Below are positions 8,034 through 18,081 of a DNA stretch of 64,000 nucleotides, one piece after another (position 1 is the first letter of the stretch; each line of letters starts with the position of its first letter). The DNA lies in NCBI GenBank assembly GCA_963700155.1, contig OY969472.1, positions 808,690-872,689 on the forward strand, in the 5' to 3' direction. The notes beneath the pieces were generated by a model that worked only from the letters and a program-made list of their open reading frames with translations, had not been told where the DNA came from and did not search any database. The position numbers and the translations under genes are program-made. This stretch comes from an uncultured bacterium. GTDB lineage: Bacteria > Patescibacteriota > Dojkabacteria > J137.

Positions 8034-10682
8034 ATGAAGATCTTCAAAAAGATAAACGAAAACAGGAGGGCTTTTTTTATAGCTCTTATTCTTATATTTA
8101 ATATTCCTTTGGCGTTTGGATTAACTAATCAGGTAAAGGCATATGTAGTTGATGGTACTTCAGACAGAATTCTTAATACACCATCTTCTCAAAACTTTTT
8201 TAATATTCTATCTCCAGATGCTGCAAAATTGGCTACTTCAACGGGTTGTGATGCTAATCTTGGAACTGGAAGCTTTTTTGATGGTGTAACAGCTCTTGAA
8301 TATGGGACTTTGGGTTACGAAGCTCAAACAGCTTTGTGTTTGAATAAAGCTGGTGATTTACAGGCTTTGAATAATTATTTTGATACTAATTCAGGTGGAG
8401 TTATGAATGCTGTAAGCAATATTCAAGCTACTATTCTAGATCAAAGACCAGCGAGTGCTGGTTATTATTTGGAGCAAAAAGTGTATGCATTACAAACTGC
8501 TGGACAAGTTTATGCTCAGGACAATACTTCTCCTGCACCATATTTCCCATCTGGAACTGGTTTCCAATTACTCCAACCTATCCAAGCTTTCTGGGGCTGG
8601 GCAGTAAATATAGTTTATGGATTTTTAATATTGATAATTATTGGTATAGCTTTTGCAATAGTATTTAGGAATAATTTGGGAGGAGCCCAAGTTGTTACCA
8701 TACAAAGTGCGATTCCAAGCATAGCTTTAGCAATGGTACTTGTTCCTTTAAGTTATGCAATTTCCGGAGTTTTTATTGATGCAATAACTGTTGGGACAAA
8801 TGTTGTACATGCTTTCTTATTAGGACCTGGTGCTCCTGGGCAGGCGGTTTATGATAACAGAGGTACAGGAACAGACGGATGTACTGATACTACAGATAAT
8901 CCTTGTGATCGTGGACTTTATGCTGATGATGATCGAGTAAACTGGTTTAACATTCAAAAAATGGTTGATATAAGTAAACCAGTTGAAAATGCAGCAGCTT
9001 CTATTCCTGATCCTTTCACCGGTGCTAAAGGGGGTTTGGTTAACAACTTTTTTGTATTTAAAATTGTAAGTACAATTCTTAACTTATTTAGTGGAAGTGA
9101 TAAACCTTCTGCATATTGGTTTGGGAAGATAATTAATCTTGTAATTGGACTTACAATGATTTGGATAGGTCTAAAGATTTTACTAAAGTTGTTTCAAAAG
9201 TATTTAATGTTGATTTTGATGCCTATTATGTCGCCATTTATTTTTGCAACTGCTGCAATTCCCGGAAATGGGACTAAAAGTATAATTGAATATGTAAAGG
9301 TTTTAGGTTCTGCTTCTCTCTTTTATATTGTGACATATGCGATGTTTTTGTTAACTATTATATTTACTAGTGAATCTTTTCAAAACCAGGTGCCAGATAT
9401 ACAGAGTGGAGCTTTTGTGCCACCATTAATGGGATTTAAAGATATTTTCCAAAATACAGGAGCACTTGGGAGTGTTCCTTTAACTCATTTTATATTTACG
9501 TTGGTTGGACTTGGAATTTATTTCTCAATTCCTAAGGTTCTGGAAGGGATAGATTCTGCACTTGGTGTGCCAACAGCAATACCGAACTTTATCTTGACAC
9601 CTATTAATTCGTTTAGAGAATCAACTAATGTTACATTTAGAGCAGTACAGCAGACAGGAAGAGCTGCCTCTGGTCTTAATCAGTTGAGACAAACCGCAGT
9701 ACCTCAAGCAAGTAGAACCATCCAAAATAGGTTAGATAGGTTAAGGGGATTAAAACCTGGTGAGATAGGAACCTGGGAATACAGAAGAAAGAATGAATTA
9801 TCTCAGCAAAGGGCAAATGCTGAAAGAGAGAAAAGAAAAGCACAAAATATTTTGGAAAATCCTAACGCTCCAGAATCAGAAAAGAATGCTGCTCGAAATA
9901 CAATAGCAGCATCAAATCGAGCTATTAGTAATGTAGATAGAGAGGTTAATAGATATGGATTTGAAGGGGTTGGATATTCTAAGGAGACACCTGAACCTGA
10001 ATTGAAAGTTGAAGTAAAAACAAAGAATGGCTTAGGGGGACCAAATATATTAGGAATAGACTCAGGTTTTATTGAATCTATGACTAGTGGCCCTGGTGGA
10101 TTTATGCTTCCATTAGATATGACAATTGAAGCGGTAGGATTTTCTATGCCAACCAATCCAATTATAACTATATATAGAACAGATCAATTATCAGCAAGTG
10201 AATATAAAAAAATAAATATTTTTGCCGAATTAACAAAAACATCGGGTAATAGCTTAGAGCTATTTGGATCCGCAGATTTCCCATGGAAAAACGATACGTC
10301 ACCTTTATTGCCTATTAACAAAGATGCTAAGGTGGAATTAACAACAGATCTTAATTCAACTAATGCCGATAAATCTTTTAACCCTGGAACTTCTGGAAAC
10401 AAATTAGTTATTCCACTTAAAGTTTTATTTAAGAACTTTGACCCAAATACAAGAAAAGCAGTTTTAGGAGAACAGAGTCCAAGTGGTAATTATATTAAAG
10501 GTCAAATTCAAAGATTTAAAGGAGGAGCGTTAACTTTTGGTGATACAATAAAAAATGGAACTTATACTACTCCAGCTTTAACTCCTGTCAATACAAACAA
10601 ATTAGTCTTTGCAATTACACTTGGTGATGGAAGAATTGCAGAAAGTAATGCAGTAAGTCCAGTAATAACCATTGCTTCTTAA
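8034..10682 (+). CDS. polytopic membrane protein, CPR-type VirB6/TrbL-like, with C-terminal coiled coil and beta-rich domain
   Basis: signal peptide, then W..AVNIVYGFLILIIIGIAFAIVFR...VVTIQSAIPSIALAMVLVPLSYAISGVFID and ILMPIMSPFIFATAAIPG TM blocks; ATG at 8034. Confidence 0.6.
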   Translation: MKIFKKINENRRAFFIALILIFNIPLAFGLTNQVKAYVVDGTSDRILNTPSSQNFFNILSPDAAKLATSTGCDANLGTGSFFDGVTALEYGTLGYEAQTALCLNKAGDLQALNNYFDTNSGGVMNAVSNIQATILDQRPASAGYYLEQKVYALQTAGQVYAQDNTSPAPYFPSGTGFQLLQPIQAFWGWAVNIVYGFLILIIIGIAFAIVFRNNLGGAQVVTIQSAIPSIALAMVLVPLSYAISGVFIDAITVGTNVVHAFLLGPGAPGQAVYDNRGTGTDGCTDTTDNPCDRGLYADDDRVNWFNIQKMVDISKPVENAAASIPDPFTGAKGGLVNNFFVFKIVSTILNLFSGSDKPSAYWFGKIINLVIGLTMIWIGLKILLKLFQKYLMLILMPIMSPFIFATAAIPGNGTKSIIEYVKVLGSASLFYIVTYAMFLLTIIFTSESFQNQVPDIQSGAFVPPLMGFKDIFQNTGALGSVPLTHFIFTLVGLGIYFSIPKVLEGIDSALGVPTAIPNFILTPINSFRESTNVTFRAVQQTGRAASGLNQLRQTAVPQASRTIQNRLDRLRGLKPGEIGTWEYRRKNELSQQRANAEREKRKAQNILENPNAPESEKNAARNTIAASNRAISNVDREVNRYGFEGVGYSKETPEPELKVEVKTKNGLGGPNILGIDSGFIESMTSGPGGFMLPLDMTIEAVGFSMPTNPIITIYRTDQLSASEYKKINIFAELTKTSGNSLELFGSADFPWKNDTSPLLPINKDAKVELTTDLNSTNADKSFNPGTSGNKLVIPLKVLFKNFDPNTRKAVLGEQSPSGNYIKGQIQRFKGGALTFGDTIKNGTYTTPALTPVNTNKLVFAITLGDGRIAESNAVSPVITIAS

Positions 10683-10700
10683 ATTTAGTATAATTCTTCT

Positions 10701-11156
10701 ATGTCTGATAAAGATACTACTGAGAAAACAAAATATATTGAACCTAGAGGATTAGGTAAGATTAATCCTATTGAAGCTTTTCGGGAAAAAGGTCCGGCGG
10801 ATAAGTTTCTCGACTTCATGGCGACTAAAGTTGGAAAACCTGGTGATAAGGAAGGAGATGCTTTTGTTAATGTATGGGGTGGAATAATGAAATCTCCAGA
10901 GAAACTACTGAGACTTGGTATAAAGGGAATTGGTTTAGCTGCATATCCTTTATATGCATTTGAATTAGCAAAAAGTGCAGTTGATAGAAGTATTTCAGAA
11001 GGTAAAGCAAGAGAATCAGATAGAGTAAAATTGATTGAAGAAGAAGCGAAACGTTTAAAAGATAGGATGGAAAGTGAACAAAGTTATCAAGAGTTTCTTG
11101 GTAATTCAGATGATTTTGATACCCTTTTGCCTGCTCAAAAGAGAGGCATTCTCTGA
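10701..11156 (+). CDS. hypothetical protein (probably N-terminal part of a frameshifted gene)
   Basis: clean ATG; 83-bp overlap with next ORF in +1 frame. Confidence 0.7.
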   Translation: MSDKDTTEKTKYIEPRGLGKINPIEAFREKGPADKFLDFMATKVGKPGDKEGDAFVNVWGGIMKSPEKLLRLGIKGIGLAAYPLYAFELAKSAVDRSISEGKARESDRVKLIEEEAKRLKDRMESEQSYQEFLGNSDDFDTLLPAQKRGIL

Positions 11157-13161
11157 CAGATTAGATATAACAGATCCTGAACTCAAAGATATAATTCAGA
11201 ATGAGAATATCTATGCTTGGCTAGGAATAAAACCTGATGATTCTTCTGATCCAGAAAAATTAAAGATAGCGATTGAAAATAGAAAAAAATCGACAAGCAT
11301 ACTTCTTGATTTCTTTACAGATCCTGAAATAGCTAATCTTGCAGAAGAAGATGACATCTCTTTCTTACAAAGTTTAATATCATTTCTTACTAATCCAAAT
11401 TCTGAAAATATTAGCTTTTCGCCAGAAGAACAAAAGAAAATTAAAAGTAAACTTCAAGAAAAAACCGGAGTAAGTGGTGAAGAATTTAATGCTAAAAATC
11501 CAATAATTTATAGATTTATTCATGACCTTGAAAAAATAATAAAAAAGATGCAAAGAGGAGAAGAAAGGTCTGATGTTCTAGATCGAATTGATAAAATCAC
11601 TTCTGCAGCTGAAAAAATTACAACAAATATAGACGCTTCAAATATGTATAAAGATAGATGGTTATCTGCAGCTGCTTGTACTGTGACTCCTTTTAATGAT
11701 AGATTGGGGACTCAAACTCAAATGCCGGAAGATCTTAATATAGAGTTTCATGATAATGGAATGTTTGGAGGAGTAGATCCATTTTTATTTCTTGGATTTG
11801 TTGAGGTGCCAAATCAACAGGAAATTGATGATAAAAAAATTTCATTGGATAATCTTGCATCAAGAATTCCTTCTAAAAATGCGATAGAAGATAATATGCA
11901 AGTTATAAAAGATAAGTATAATATGTCTCAAATTAGACAAAATTGTGAAGTTATCTCTTCTCTCTCTAGAAGGCAGGTAGAATCTATGCATGTTTTATCT
12001 CAGATATTTTTACAGCTTGCTACTACTCCACCATCAACACAGTTTCAGTTTAATTTTGAAGGTAAGACATTAAATATAAATAATGCAGCATTAATTGAAA
12101 AAATTAGAAAAGTAATTTTTCCTGAGAAAGTACAAGGTGAAAATGTTAATTCTTCTGATAATATTTTATTAAGAAAATTTGAATTAAATGAATTGATTAA
12201 AGAAGTTGTTGAATTAGTGTCGAAAGATCCAAATTATGTAACTTTATTAAATTTATTACAAACGCTAAATGATTTTAGCCTGATGACCGAAGACTTAACC
12301 TTCGGATTAAATGATAAAGAAGGTAAAAAAAATACAGCATTAAATTTTATAAAAGACTTAAATTATCCGAATCCAATTTTTGAAGTAATGTATCAACTCT
12401 ATGATGGAGATATGACTAAATTGGTACATGAAAAAAGAAGATATTTTAAAAAATCGAATAGATTATCTCCTTCAAGATCAATCTATGAAGGAATGGTGTC
12501 TGTAATTTCATCAAAACAAGGTATAGTACAGAAACTATCTGACTTAAGAAAGGATGATGGTAAATTTCAGAAAATAGTAGATTTGCATCATCAATATTTA
12601 CAACGAATATCTGATGGAGATTTTGTTCTATCAGAAAATATAGAAGAGAAAAGAGATCCACAGAACTTTATAAAACAGCTTCATGATTTAGCAATAAATC
12701 TAGTTGATAGAAAGTATCCTCAATTAGCAAGGATTATGGGTGATACTTATATTAGTTTTGACGACATTGTACCCCCGAAAATTAAGTCAACTACTAAAAT
12801 CGAAGATTTAGGTAAGTATCCCGATATTCAGAAATTAATAGGACAATTGACATTAATTTCTAAGATACTGTTTAATAGGCAAGCAGAAATTTTAACGAGC
12901 GAGTTTGGAGCTGAACAGGTCAATCCAAAAATACAACAAGAAATGTTTTTTATTGAGCATCACTTAAGAATATTGGTAGCTTTAGGATTTGACATTGATA
13001 ATATAAAAGGGAATAATGTTATAAACTCAAAGCCTTTAATGATGTATCTGAACGGTTTATCAGTAAATCCGATAAATTCAGGAAGATATAAAATAAAGGA
13101 TAATTGTGGTAAGAGCAATTTTACTTTTTCTAGAACTGAAGAGAAACTTAAAATAGCATAA
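11074..13161 (+). CDS. large helical hypothetical protein (probably C-terminal part of a frameshifted gene)
   Basis: 695-codon ORF with no convincing independent start outside the upstream ORF. Confidence 0.75.
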   Translation: MNKVIKSFLVIQMILIPFCLLKREAFSDRLDITDPELKDIIQNENIYAWLGIKPDDSSDPEKLKIAIENRKKSTSILLDFFTDPEIANLAEEDDISFLQSLISFLTNPNSENISFSPEEQKKIKSKLQEKTGVSGEEFNAKNPIIYRFIHDLEKIIKKMQRGEERSDVLDRIDKITSAAEKITTNIDASNMYKDRWLSAAACTVTPFNDRLGTQTQMPEDLNIEFHDNGMFGGVDPFLFLGFVEVPNQQEIDDKKISLDNLASRIPSKNAIEDNMQVIKDKYNMSQIRQNCEVISSLSRRQVESMHVLSQIFLQLATTPPSTQFQFNFEGKTLNINNAALIEKIRKVIFPEKVQGENVNSSDNILLRKFELNELIKEVVELVSKDPNYVTLLNLLQTLNDFSLMTEDLTFGLNDKEGKKNTALNFIKDLNYPNPIFEVMYQLYDGDMTKLVHEKRRYFKKSNRLSPSRSIYEGMVSVISSKQGIVQKLSDLRKDDGKFQKIVDLHHQYLQRISDGDFVLSENIEEKRDPQNFIKQLHDLAINLVDRKYPQLARIMGDTYISFDDIVPPKIKSTTKIEDLGKYPDIQKLIGQLTLISKILFNRQAEILTSEFGAEQVNPKIQQEMFFIEHHLRILVALGFDIDNIKGNNVINSKPLMMYLNGLSVNPINSGRYKIKDNCGKSNFTFSRTEEKLKIA

Positions 13162-13164
13162 ACT

Positions 13165-13362
13165 ATGGATGATCAACAAAAATTAATACAATCTAAGTTA
13201 GTTTTTCAGAAAATAATTGATAGATTTAGAGAGGAACTACTAGATAAAAAAGATAAAGAAGGAAATTTGCTATACTCTCCTGATGAAATAAATCAAATGA
13301 TTGATGATTTAGTTGAAGCTTTTAATAAAAAGAAAATTAATCTTGTTAAAAAACAAACATGA
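13165..13362 (+). CDS. small helical hypothetical protein
   Basis: tightly packed in operon; ATGA overlap with next gene. Confidence 0.7.
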   Translation: MDDQQKLIQSKLVFQKIIDRFREELLDKKDKEGNLLYSPDEINQMIDDLVEAFNKKKINLVKKQT

Positions 13363-16300
13363 GTAATCTTAATGTTGATTATTTAAGTATGCATGAGAAA
13401 GCTCCTAACTCTGGAGTTTATGAAGTTTTATTAGGTGTCCGATATCCATTCAATCCAGCTACAGCTTTAGTTCTCCAGGATGTTGCAAAAGAATATGGTT
13501 ACGAAGTAACAGTAAACACAGGTACTGGAGAAATTAAAATTGAGAATTTAAATGCTGAAAATGGAATGACTATTAAGCAACAAATAGAAAATTTACAACG
13601 TGGAGTTGCTAATAATGTAAATAGTGCTCAGAATGTAAATTTAAATTTTACTACTCCAGTAACTTTTGCTACGGGTAGTGTTAATGCTCCAACTTCATAT
13701 AAAGATACTTTGTGGGAACGTTTTACTAGAGATAAAGATAAAGTTAGAGCAGAAAACAGGTTACAGCAATTACTTTTAAATACTAGTGATGCAGATATCA
13801 ACCATATAATTCAAGGAGGGATTGATAGGGTAGCTTTTCTAGATATTATGAATGCTGCTGAGCTTACACCAGTTGATGCAGATAATATTATAAAGTTCAT
13901 AGTATTACTTCAATCCAATCCTGATTATAAATTTGTAAAAAGTCCACTTAGAAAAAAAGTCTTAGATATAATATTAAAATTCGCTTACACAGAATTATTT
14001 CAATCTTCAGCGAAAAATTATTTCCAACAAATTATATCTCAACTAGGTACTCCACCAAATCTTGACTATAGAAAGCTAGATATTTCATCAATTAATATGC
14101 TTTTTGAACCAGTTGGATTAAGTTTTTATACTTTATCAGAAGAACAAAGATCATTTTTCGCAGATCTTTTAAGAAATATAAAATCACAACCTAAAACACC
14201 ACTAAGTCCTGAAGTTGATAAATTACTGGAAATTTTAGCTATGCCTGTAGGTATAAGTATAATTGAAACAGGTTCACTACCAAATGAAAGTATTGCACAT
14301 ATAATTAAAACTTTAAATTATAGTCCAGACGCTGAAGATGAACTAAGTAATCTGTTAAAGATAGAGAAAATCGATCCTAAATTCAGAAGCATATATAGAA
14401 ATCTCAGAATACTTTCTTTATTAGATTTATCCCCCGGAATGCTTGAAACATTAATATTCAAAGAAGATTTATCACCTGAAGGTAAAGATCAAATTGTTAT
14501 TGATATAATTGATAGAATAAATGAGAAAATTCCTGAATATCTATATAGGTCTCAATCGAGACCAAGAGATAGTCTTTTATATGGAGAAACTTTAGGTTTT
14601 CTTCAATATTTGTATCAAGATCCTTCAGGGAATCCAGGGATAACTCCAATTAGAGAATCATTTTTGAACGAATTAGCTAAGAAGTTTAATGCTAATCCTT
14701 TTGATGAGTTTCAAAAAGGTATGTTTGAAGTAATTCTGGAAATAATGAATTCTGGATTAGTGGTTGGGTATAAGAAAGAAAATGCTGATGAAAGAAGACA
14801 GGATAGAGTTGGAGAAGTTCTTAAACAAACTAAATCTCCAAAAACAAAATTAACACTTCCTTCGTATTCTAGAAGTAATTTTAAACCAACTTTACAAGTT
14901 AGTATCACTGGACTACCTGAGGATTATGAAGCTATTTCATTAAACTCTAAGGGAACTATCCCTGAGCTTGTCAATTTATACATTCAAAATCCTGAAGAAT
15001 TTGCTACAAATGCTAATTATGAGGATATTAGATTTAACATTCTTAAAATTATTGAATTTTTACAGTTGGAAGGAATATATGACTATATTGTTGATATACT
15101 TCAGAATTCAAGTGATGAGGATAATGCATATATAAGTCTTGTTGAGACCTTCTATAATACAGAACCTGTTAATAACCAAAGAATATATCCATATATTGAA
15201 AATTTAACAAATATTTTTAAGACATGTTTCAAATCTGGATTTGCTGATACTGATGAAGCATCAAAATATATTTCAGCAAGATTTATTGTAGATATGTTAG
15301 CAAAGCGTACTAAGAAAGATGAAGCTGCATCTAGGTTAGAAACTCCAGCTAATAAGTATGGGATAACAAAATTGTTAAACATACCTTCAGATTTACAAGG
15401 GATAATTCAAGAAGTATCAGATGCACAAGGTAATATAGATCTAACTAAACTTACTAGAATTCAACGGGAAATATTTATAAAAAGAATTAGAACTTTGGAA
15501 TTACAAAGAGGTATTATAAAGATTTTAGAAGATAAAAAAGATTCTCTAACTCCTGATGATATTGATAATCTCATTGATCAAGCTACACGAGCGTTTATTT
15601 CTAATGAAGGACTTGATGGAAAATCAGTTTTTGATATTAATGAGTCTAGTATTAATTTTAAAAAGAACTTGAAAGTCTTTATTGATGGGTTGTTGAATCC
15701 ACCAGATATAACTACAGGGTTAGGTATTAATTTTGAAAGTGAAAAGGAAAAAACTTTAGATACATTAGAGACAATGTACATTGTAATAGGAAAGAAAGGG
15801 AAACTTTTTGAGCTTAGACAAGGTCAAATTTATGATGATCTTGATAAAGTTGAAGAAGATATTAAGGTATTTGTTGAGAATTATAGAGAAGATATCCTTA
15901 ATAAAAATATTGAAATGGAACAAGGTAGGGATCTTGCTAATAATATGGAAGATTCGATAAATCACCTAAAGAATAAACTTAAAAGTCACTATGAGGAAAA
16001 TTATAAAGATGCCCCAAGTAGTGACTTTAGAGATACCTTTAGAAAAAATAGTCGGGTAAAAAATATAAAAAATACATACTTTAAAAGCTTCTTAAATGGT
16101 GTGAATATTACAACTAAAGAAGAATATTCGAATTATTTAGCTTTTGTTGATGTTATTGGAAATTTAATTGACTTAGAAAGTGAAAGAGATTATGAAATTT
16201 TATTTTATCTCTTAGTTGTTCCTGTCGGTATTTTTACGAGTACAGATTATAAATTAAGGTTTAAAGACAAAAAGACGAAGAAGGGTAATAGTTATCATGA

Positions 16301-17282
16301 AGAATTGAAGGGTTATAAACCAGCACCTCCGAGATCAGGTTATAGCGAAAAGGAGATTAAGAATTTAGCCAATCATCTATTAAAAGCTCAACTTAGAGCT
16401 GCAGTTGTTATTTATGAAGAACAAATTGCCCAGCAAAGAGAAGCTTCTAGACTTAATGAAAGAGATAATGAGAAGAAAGATAATAAAAAAGAATCTCATT
16501 CGAATCTTCAAAATACCCCAGAAACAATTAATATTAATGGTACTGAGGTAAAATCTCAACAAAATAAACGTTCGGTAAAAAAGTTAGCGCAATCTATTAT
16601 TAGAAATAGAGGTAAAATTGGAGCTGTGGCTGGAGAGGTTGCAGGAGGTGCATTTGTCTTAGGAATTGCTTCAACTGGAAATATTCCTGGAGCTCTAATC
16701 GCAGGAGAACTTTTCTTCCTCCCGGTAAGTTCAGCAAGAATTTTGCAGATAGGAGCCGACATGAGAAAAGATGATAGAAAAAAATATATTGAAACAATAA
16801 ATGCTAATGTAGAACTACTTAGACAGGATCTCCAGGGATTACCTGAAGTTGTTAGAAATCATACTCAAAATCTTATTAATGCAAAATTTGCTGAAAAATA
16901 TGTAGAAGAATCAAGAAAGAATTTAAAAAATATGAGAGAAAATATTTATCCTAAGATTCAATCTAAGTTAGATAAATCAAAAGCAAGTGAAATTCAAGAA
17001 ATAAATTTAAACTTAGTACCGAAAGCCACGAGAGTTATAGATAAATCTATGTCAGAAATCATGTCATTATTAAGAGATAATGCTTCAGGTAAGCCAATAG
17101 ATCCAGCAAAACTTGAAAAGAGAATTGTTGATTTATTAAGAAAAATAAATGAAGCTATGTTTGAGTTAACAACAATGCTGGAAAATTTAATAAATGATGT
17201 TAGATTAAGAAAGAAAAACTGGGGCGAGAATTGGTACAAAGAACTAAGAATTTTAGAAGAGTCTTATGGAAGTGCTGCTTAA
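13359..17282 (+). CDS. giant helical hypothetical protein with a Gly/Ala-rich hydrophobic hairpin near the C-terminus
   Basis: 1307-aa ORF; GKIGAVAGEVAGGAFVLGIASTGNIPGALIAGELFFLPV segment. Confidence 0.85.
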   Translation: MSNLNVDYLSMHEKAPNSGVYEVLLGVRYPFNPATALVLQDVAKEYGYEVTVNTGTGEIKIENLNAENGMTIKQQIENLQRGVANNVNSAQNVNLNFTTPVTFATGSVNAPTSYKDTLWERFTRDKDKVRAENRLQQLLLNTSDADINHIIQGGIDRVAFLDIMNAAELTPVDADNIIKFIVLLQSNPDYKFVKSPLRKKVLDIILKFAYTELFQSSAKNYFQQIISQLGTPPNLDYRKLDISSINMLFEPVGLSFYTLSEEQRSFFADLLRNIKSQPKTPLSPEVDKLLEILAMPVGISIIETGSLPNESIAHIIKTLNYSPDAEDELSNLLKIEKIDPKFRSIYRNLRILSLLDLSPGMLETLIFKEDLSPEGKDQIVIDIIDRINEKIPEYLYRSQSRPRDSLLYGETLGFLQYLYQDPSGNPGITPIRESFLNELAKKFNANPFDEFQKGMFEVILEIMNSGLVVGYKKENADERRQDRVGEVLKQTKSPKTKLTLPSYSRSNFKPTLQVSITGLPEDYEAISLNSKGTIPELVNLYIQNPEEFATNANYEDIRFNILKIIEFLQLEGIYDYIVDILQNSSDEDNAYISLVETFYNTEPVNNQRIYPYIENLTNIFKTCFKSGFADTDEASKYISARFIVDMLAKRTKKDEAASRLETPANKYGITKLLNIPSDLQGIIQEVSDAQGNIDLTKLTRIQREIFIKRIRTLELQRGIIKILEDKKDSLTPDDIDNLIDQATRAFISNEGLDGKSVFDINESSINFKKNLKVFIDGLLNPPDITTGLGINFESEKEKTLDTLETMYIVIGKKGKLFELRQGQIYDDLDKVEEDIKVFVENYREDILNKNIEMEQGRDLANNMEDSINHLKNKLKSHYEENYKDAPSSDFRDTFRKNSRVKNIKNTYFKSFLNGVNITTKEEYSNYLAFVDVIGNLIDLESERDYEILFYLLVVPVGIFTSTDYKLRFKDKKTKKGNSYHEELKGYKPAPPRSGYSEKEIKNLANHLLKAQLRAAVVIYEEQIAQQREASRLNERDNEKKDNKKESHSNLQNTPETININGTEVKSQQNKRSVKKLAQSIIRNRGKIGAVAGEVAGGAFVLGIASTGNIPGALIAGELFFLPVSSARILQIGADMRKDDRKKYIETINANVELLRQDLQGLPEVVRNHTQNLINAKFAEKYVEESRKNLKNMRENIYPKIQSKLDKSKASEIQEINLNLVPKATRVIDKSMSEIMSLLRDNASGKPIDPAKLEKRIVDLLRKINEAMFELTTMLENLINDVRLRKKNWGENWYKELRILEESYGSAA

Positions 17283-17298
17283 ATTTTAAAATAAAAAA

Positions 17299-17727
17299 AT
17301 GTATTTAGATGAAGCAATATTAAGAATATTATATACAATTCCAGTTGAGGTGGATATTACCTCGGAAAAAAAGACATATCTTATGACTTGTTTGCAGGCT
17401 GGTATTGAGGCATTGATTGTTTTTAAGCTTTCTAATCCAAGCGAGTATTCAGAAGAAAGTTTCAATGAAAAAGCAAATCTTTTAAATTCAGAATTAGAAA
17501 AAGAAGATCCTAATATTGATTTATTAATGGGCTTTATGCGAAATCTTCAAGAGAATAAAAATTTTAATTCATTATACGAAAGTTATTTAACTGAAATTAA
17601 TAAAGATATTTTTGAAAAAGCCTTTCAGAGACAGCCTCAACTTCAAGATGAAATAGTACAATATAGTAAAGGTGTTAGAGATAAAGCAATCAAAGAATAT
17701 ATTGAAACATTTGTTGATGTAGAATAA
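17299..17727 (+). CDS. acidic helical hypothetical protein
   Basis: 142-aa ORF in operon. Confidence 0.75.
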   Translation: MYLDEAILRILYTIPVEVDITSEKKTYLMTCLQAGIEALIVFKLSNPSEYSEESFNEKANLLNSELEKEDPNIDLLMGFMRNLQENKNFNSLYESYLTEINKDIFEKAFQRQPQLQDEIVQYSKGVRDKAIKEYIETFVDVE

Positions 17728-17748
17728 TCACAGTTAAAGCTTTACAAC

Positions 17749-18081
17749 ATGGATTCTAACGAAAATTCAACACAATCATTAGCTCAAAAAACACAATCTG
17801 CAATTAAAACTGCAAAAAAGATTAAGACCATTTGGTTTATTTTAACTTCAGTTGGACCTCTTTTGATTATAGTAATTATTTTTGGATTCCTTTTTTTAAA
17901 CATAAAAGCAAATCCTGTTGATAATGTTGATATACTTTATCAATGCCAAATTGCAGGTCAGCCTTTAGATAATACATGTATAAAAAACCTTAAAGAAAAA
18001 TTTAGAGATCAAATTTCTTCAGATGATCCAGATATTCAGGGAGGATCAGCAAATCCCCACCCTACTTATCCTCGAACTTAA
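17749..18081 (+). CDS. single-pass membrane protein with a Cys pair
   Basis: TM IWFILTSVGPLLIIVIIFGFLFL; C-x10-C after it. Confidence 0.75.
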   Translation: MDSNENSTQSLAQKTQSAIKTAKKIKTIWFILTSVGPLLIIVIIFGFLFLNIKANPVDNVDILYQCQIAGQPLDNTCIKNLKEKFRDQISSDDPDIQGGSANPHPTYPRT

